From Tolypothrix carrinoi HA7290-LM1 (GTDB lineage Bacteria; Cyanobacteriota; Cyanobacteriia; Cyanobacteriales; Nostocaceae): a stretch of DNA of 64,000 nucleotides. The notes under the pieces are model-generated. The model was not told the origin of the DNA and did no database searches. It worked only from the letters and a program-made list of their open reading frames with translations. The first letter of the stretch is position 1. Each line of letters starts with the position of its first letter. Location of the stretch: contig JAHHIK010000009.1 of NCBI GenBank assembly GCA_019358935.1, positions 32,001-96,000 of the forward strand, written 5' to 3'. Of the stretch, positions 60,004 through 64,000 are shown piece after piece. The position numbers and the translations under genes were made by a program.

Positions 60004-60378
60004 TTATGCTGACTGTTTAATTTGGGTTAAGGCTATTAACATTTCTTCTCGGTTGAGATGTCTTTTCTTACGTGATTGGGGCTTTTGTATGGCATAACTC
60101 CATTTTATTCCTGCCTGCGAACATTTTATTCTTAATTGTTGAACAGTTGGTTGTTTGCTTGTATATGGTTGATTTACGTTGGATTTCGATATTTGGGGAT
60201 TAAATTTTTTAGCTACTGTTTTGGTTGTAGCTACTGTGCGTGATGTAGGTGTACTACAATTACAGTGTTTCTCAAAAGCGACAGATATTTCTAGTATGAA
60301 TTGGAAAATAAAGAGAGTAGAAAATCCGTAGATGAGGATGTAGAGAATTGCTGTTAGGATAAACTGTGCTAATTCCAT
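60004..60378 (-). CDS. Hypothetical membrane-anchored protein
   Basis: N-terminal TM segment; basic C-terminal LR..C...GIKW. Confidence 0.55.
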   Translation of the reverse strand: MELAQFILTAILYILIYGFSTLFIFQFILEISVAFEKHCNCSTPTSRTVATTKTVAKKFNPQISKSNVNQPYTSKQPTVQQLRIKCSQAGIKWSYAIQKPQSRKKRHLNREEMLIALTQIKQSA

Positions 60379-60881
60379 TGTTTTAACTTTTGTTGATATA
60401 ACTTTAACTGGTTGTTTATGAAGCGATATACCAGTTGTTGCTTATATCAAGCGTCAGCTTTTGTGGTGTTTTCAAAAAAAAGAGGACAATATTGCTCTAT
60501 TGGATTTGATATTACATCAAAACCAAAAACTTTTATATTACAAGATGTAGTTCTAGGGGTTTGTGCTGATCGCATGGGTAGTACCTCTGGTTTGACTAAA
60601 CTTTTGGTTCAAGCAGTCGAAGACAATTTGCTGGTTGCGTCCTTTTTTGGGGACGAGTCCTTAGCTTTAGCGCGGTAGAAAGATATCAAAACATTCATGA
60701 CACTGTTGCAAAATAATATAGCTAATAGACCGACTAATAAATGGGAAAACGAGCTTGAGTTATAGCCTTTAAAAAAAATAAAAATGGTTAAGACTTTACT
60801 CTTAACCATCTTTTGAAAAATCTTATAAGTGAAAATGAAAGTCTAATCTGTTTATTTTTGATGCATTATTGTGGGTAGCCA

Positions 60882-61484
60882 CTAGTTGTGGTTTTTCTTA
60901 CTGCGGGCTTTTCCACCTGATTGCATTTTAAATCGTACCTGTTTCCCGATAGTTATCTCAGCAATATTGCTGACATCTCTACCAAATTTGTGTGCCTCTA
61001 GAATTGCCTTGTTATTAGCTTGGTACTTGATAATTCTAAACTCCGAAGGGAAATCTTCATCGTCTACCTCTACTAGCAAGTTAGCTACTTTGGTTGGGTT
61101 GTCCCTAATTTCAATTTCCCTTTCCTTGCCGAGGTTTCTGTCGTTGATTAGCCCAACTTTGTGGAGGTGGATGAGAGTGCGTTTGATTTGTTCAAGTTGG
61201 GTCTTCCGGCGTAAAATCACCTTATCGTGGAGTTCGATTGCCCGTGCTTTTCTTTCCTCCCATACTTCCAGATCAAGATTTAGCTGATCGACAACCCAGG
61301 CTAGAGCATCAATTTTGGTTTCCATGCCATCCTGGATTGCTATGAGGTTCTGGAGAAGTTCCTCAACTTTGCCCTCTTCCTTTAACTCGCTTGCTTCTTC
61401 TATCTGTGACCAAAGTTTAGCAGCATCTAAACTTAACTCTTTGAGCGTGAGTTGATTGATTTCGCGTTCAATTGCTTGAGACAT
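60882..61484 (-). CDS. Siphovirus Gp157-family coiled-coil protein
   Basis: KIDALAWV, IRDNP, NKAILEA. Confidence 0.7.
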   Translation of the reverse strand: MSQAIEREINQLTLKELSLDAAKLWSQIEEASELKEEGKVEELLQNLIAIQDGMETKIDALAWVVDQLNLDLEVWEERKARAIELHDKVILRRKTQLEQIKRTLIHLHKVGLINDRNLGKEREIEIRDNPTKVANLLVEVDDEDFPSEFRIIKYQANNKAILEAHKFGRDVSNIAEITIGKQVRFKMQSGGKARSKKNHN

Positions 61485-61573
61485 AATTTACTTTTCCTCT
61501 CTGAAAAACTAGTAGCAAGTAACTGCTACTAGTTGTTGACTAAAGTGAATTGATGCTTGAAGGGAGATTGAAT

Positions 61574-61741
61574 TTAGTACCCGTACCGCAAGTGATAGTA
61601 GTCTGACTTTATGAGTGCTAATTCTGCTTCGTAGTTGTAGTAATCTGCCTCATCTAGGAAGGTACTGACTTGCTGCGCTTGTAATGTGGGCTTTGGTGAT
61701 TTTTGGTCGGTTTTCGGGTTATAATTATTAACAGTTTTCAT
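61574..61741 (-). CDS. 55-aa small protein (below the ORF-track cutoff)
   Basis: MKTVNNYNPKTDQKSPKPTLQAQQVSTFLDEADYYNYEAELALIKSDYYHLRYGY*; co-oriented upstream of the Gp157 gene. Confidence 0.55.
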   Translation of the reverse strand: MKTVNNYNPKTDQKSPKPTLQAQQVSTFLDEADYYNYEAELALIKSDYYHLRYGY

Positions 61742-62044
61742 GTCTATACAACTTCAATTCATGCACTGAAGTTGCACGTTAGTGCTTGTTATAGTTCTGA
61801 CAATTAAGGGGAAAAATTATGATTTCAACTTTGAGTTTGCCGCAACGACAAGGTTATGGTTGAAAAAGTCGAGGCAATTAAAGTTTAAACCGTCAAAATT
61901 TCTGTCCTGTCCTATTTTTGTAATTATCAGTTGCCGGATTTGTGGATTCTCAAAGTAAATCGCTCCTCTAATACGTATTAAAAGAGGGCGATCACCTGTG
62001 CCGTCCAATACAAGAAAAAAAGTACTGAGACATACACCCCCAAC

Positions 62045-62410
62045 ACTTTTAATATCTCCCTTACTGGCTCTAACGAGTGCTCTAACCGCTGCACTTGGGC
62101 TAACAGCCGTTTGGGAATGTACAGGCGTGGATTTGATCAGGCGATCGCACACCCATGTGGAAAATTCTCCCAAGGTGGAAGTTGCAATTGTTCACAAATC
62201 TTTAAGTATTCCTTGTGTTGCTTGGATTCGATAATGACCCATCGGGGTCTACATCCAACGACGACTCGCAATAAATCGGGGAAGCGATCGCGCTCCGCCT
62301 GTTCAGCTTTCCGCCGTCCTTGTCGAGAGAAGGGTGGGCATGGCACTCCCGCCGAAACGATATCGAAGGCTCCGTCATAAGCGTGGGGGTTGAAGTTGGC
62401 GATAATTCAG
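62045..62410 (-). pseudogene. DNA (cytosine-5) methyltransferase remnant
   Basis: FDIVSAGVPCPPFSRQG (motif IV) and RPRWVIIE (part of motif VI); motif I is missing and the frame is broken. Confidence 0.75.
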
Positions 62411-62549
62411 TTGAGAAGGCTGAAACAGTTGGCAGGTGAGAATGACGAAAAAAGTATGTTCGCGTAGCGTCTTTGATGAACAATTAACCCCTGCTTTTAT
62501 AATTAGTTAATCTTTATTTATCTCAATACTATTAACTTTTCTTCTAATC

Positions 62550-62936
62550 ATGGGTAAATCTAAAAAATCTAATCATTTCGACTCAAGGATAGCTAAACAG
62601 CAATCTCGTCGCATACCTACTGTTCAACAGATAGAAAAATGGATAATAGAAGATAAGCGTTTGTCGGCTTGGTTGTTAAAAAAGACTGGCAGAAATTGTG
62701 ACGAAATTCTTCGGGTTTTATATATAAATGTCATTCAAGATATTAACCACGACCCTCGTGCAATAGACTTATATGACCCAAGAAAACTTGTTGTTGGCAT
62801 GAATGTCTTAAATTGGACTTTATGGTATGCCCAAAATAAAGTTATTCTTGGCTCTGAAGTTAAGGTTATAGAAGACTGGCAATACGATGCTTGGGGTCAA
62901 GAGATAAATACTGAAACGCAGTATATACCACAGTAA
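62550..62936 (+). CDS. Hypothetical protein
   Basis: 128-aa ATG ORF. Confidence 0.55.
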   Translation: MGKSKKSNHFDSRIAKQQSRRIPTVQQIEKWIIEDKRLSAWLLKKTGRNCDEILRVLYINVIQDINHDPRAIDLYDPRKLVVGMNVLNWTLWYAQNKVILGSEVKVIEDWQYDAWGQEINTETQYIPQ

Positions 62937-62999
62937 CTAATGTTACTAACAATGGGTGTTACAAAGAACGTGCTTCGCAATTTTGTTTTAAAAATCATA

Positions 63000-63902
63000 G
63001 AAACATCCCACCTACCTCGCTTTCACTCTGATTTTCTCGCTCACGAGTTAGGGTTGCGATATCAACTCCCAGCCTTTTCGCACTTATTTTCCCCCGTGTA
63101 GGGCTGAAGTTCTAATTGTGGAGGATGATAGTTAAAAGCTTGCCTTTTGTATCCTCCAAAGTTATGCGAACGCTGCTGACTAAGGGTTGCGATGGGCGTA
63201 CAGCGCTCCGCGCATGAAAACCGCGTAGCGTCTCGGAGAGAAGCCCCGCCGGAGGCGATCGCCCCCTCAATTTTTGCTAAGGAGTGTTGTAACTGCCTCT
63301 AGCTTTTGTTCCACATTGCCAAGGCGTGTTTCTGTACTATTGTCTGCACACACTTCTATACTGCCTGTCAGATACTTCAATTGTTCTTCGAGCTGGGCAA
63401 GACGATTTTCTACACTGTCTTCCATACCTGGAACTGAACCCAGGACGTGGTGCAGCCCTTGAATTACTGTCGGTTCGCGGACGGGCGTGAAAATTGTCGC
63501 AGACGGGCGTGAAAATATTCGCGGACAAGCTTGAAAATTATGTTTGTGAAACCCTAATTTTTTCGTGGTAAGCAGCGATCGCTGCTTACAGAATTATTAC
63601 TCCAAAGCCTTGTACTGTAATAAGTTGCACTTTTTTATCCTCCGAAGGCGGAAAATTTCAAGCTTGTCCGCAAATAAGGTCGGGAATTTTTCATCTACTC
63701 CACGACAAATTTTCACGCCCGTCTGCGACAAGGTACGCTAAAACCCTGATTATTCGGTTGAGATTTTTTCAAGCTTGTCTGCGAACCGACAATTACTAAA
63801 TCTGTAGCGGTGGTGTCTAGCTCAACTGCTTTGGCTCGAAGTGCGTCAGAATACGGTTTGGTCCGTTTTGAAATTGATTGATTCCCGTTCCATTTTTGCC
63901 AT
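63000..63902 (-). pseudogene. Ribbon-helix-helix/coiled-coil DNA-binding gene disrupted by insertions and frameshifts
   Basis: Reconstructs as MAKMERESINFK/..KPYSDALRAKAVELDTTATDLVI[324-bp insertion]QGLHHVLGSVPGMEDSVENRLAQLEEQL..., later KRLGVDIATLTRERENQSE. Confidence 0.7.
63468..63791. mobile_element. 324-bp non-autonomous transposon with TGT...ACA ends (Tn7/Tn5053/IS21-like end architecture)
   Basis: Terminal IR TGTCGGTTCGC(G/A)GAC; 5-bp target duplication ATTAC at 63463-63467 and 63792-63796; multiple ~22-bp sub-terminal repeats at both ends. Confidence 0.85.
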
Positions 63903-63976
63903 GTCTACACCCACGCATATACGGTCGTGTAGATAGTTTACAACTAGCATAAGATTCAGTTTGAGGAATAATTTTT

Positions 63977-64000
63977 TGTCAGTTCGCGGACAAAAAGTGC
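63977..64000 (+). mobile_element. Start of a second related transposon end (runs off the window)
   Basis: TGTCAGTTCGCGGACAA differs by one base from the first 15 nt of the left end at 63468. Confidence 0.6.

Noticed and set aside
63474..63791. 22-bp repeats as plasmid replication iterons (oriV)
   Set aside because: They lie inside terminal inverted repeats with a 5-bp target duplication and interrupt a reading frame, which fits transposon ends. No rep gene is adjacent.

Overview
This AT-rich window looks like part of a large conjugative plasmid from a filamentous cyanobacterium. Supporting signs are frequent HIP1 octamers (GCGATCGC), heptamer/small dispersed repeats and a cyanobacterial-type T4SS. 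From left to right it holds: (1) decayed accessory genes (1-1.7 kb); (2) two partition systems, an actin-like ParM and ParA/ParB; (3) a ~24-kb block, almost all on the minus strand, encoding a near-complete replication toolkit (two SSBs, HolB, HolA, family-B polymerase, DnaX, DnaN, Prim-Pol, DUF1998 helicase); (4) inside that block, a PRTRC-type ubiquitin-like cassette (Ubl, E2, JAB, ThiF/E1), with beta-clamp-binding motifs (QL[S/T]LF) at the termini of four proteins; (5) HTH, Rpn and HNH-like genes; (6) a ten-gene MPF_C-like conjugation cluster with VirB4 and a coupling protein; (7) AAA ATPase, nuclease and phage-like genes and pseudogenes; (8) a 324-bp TGT...ACA mini-transposon with a 5-bp target duplication that interrupts a DNA-binding gene, followed by a second related transposon end at the window edge. 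I found no relaxase, Rep initiator, rRNA, tRNA or CRISPR array. Family assignments come from motif recognition by eye, not database searches.
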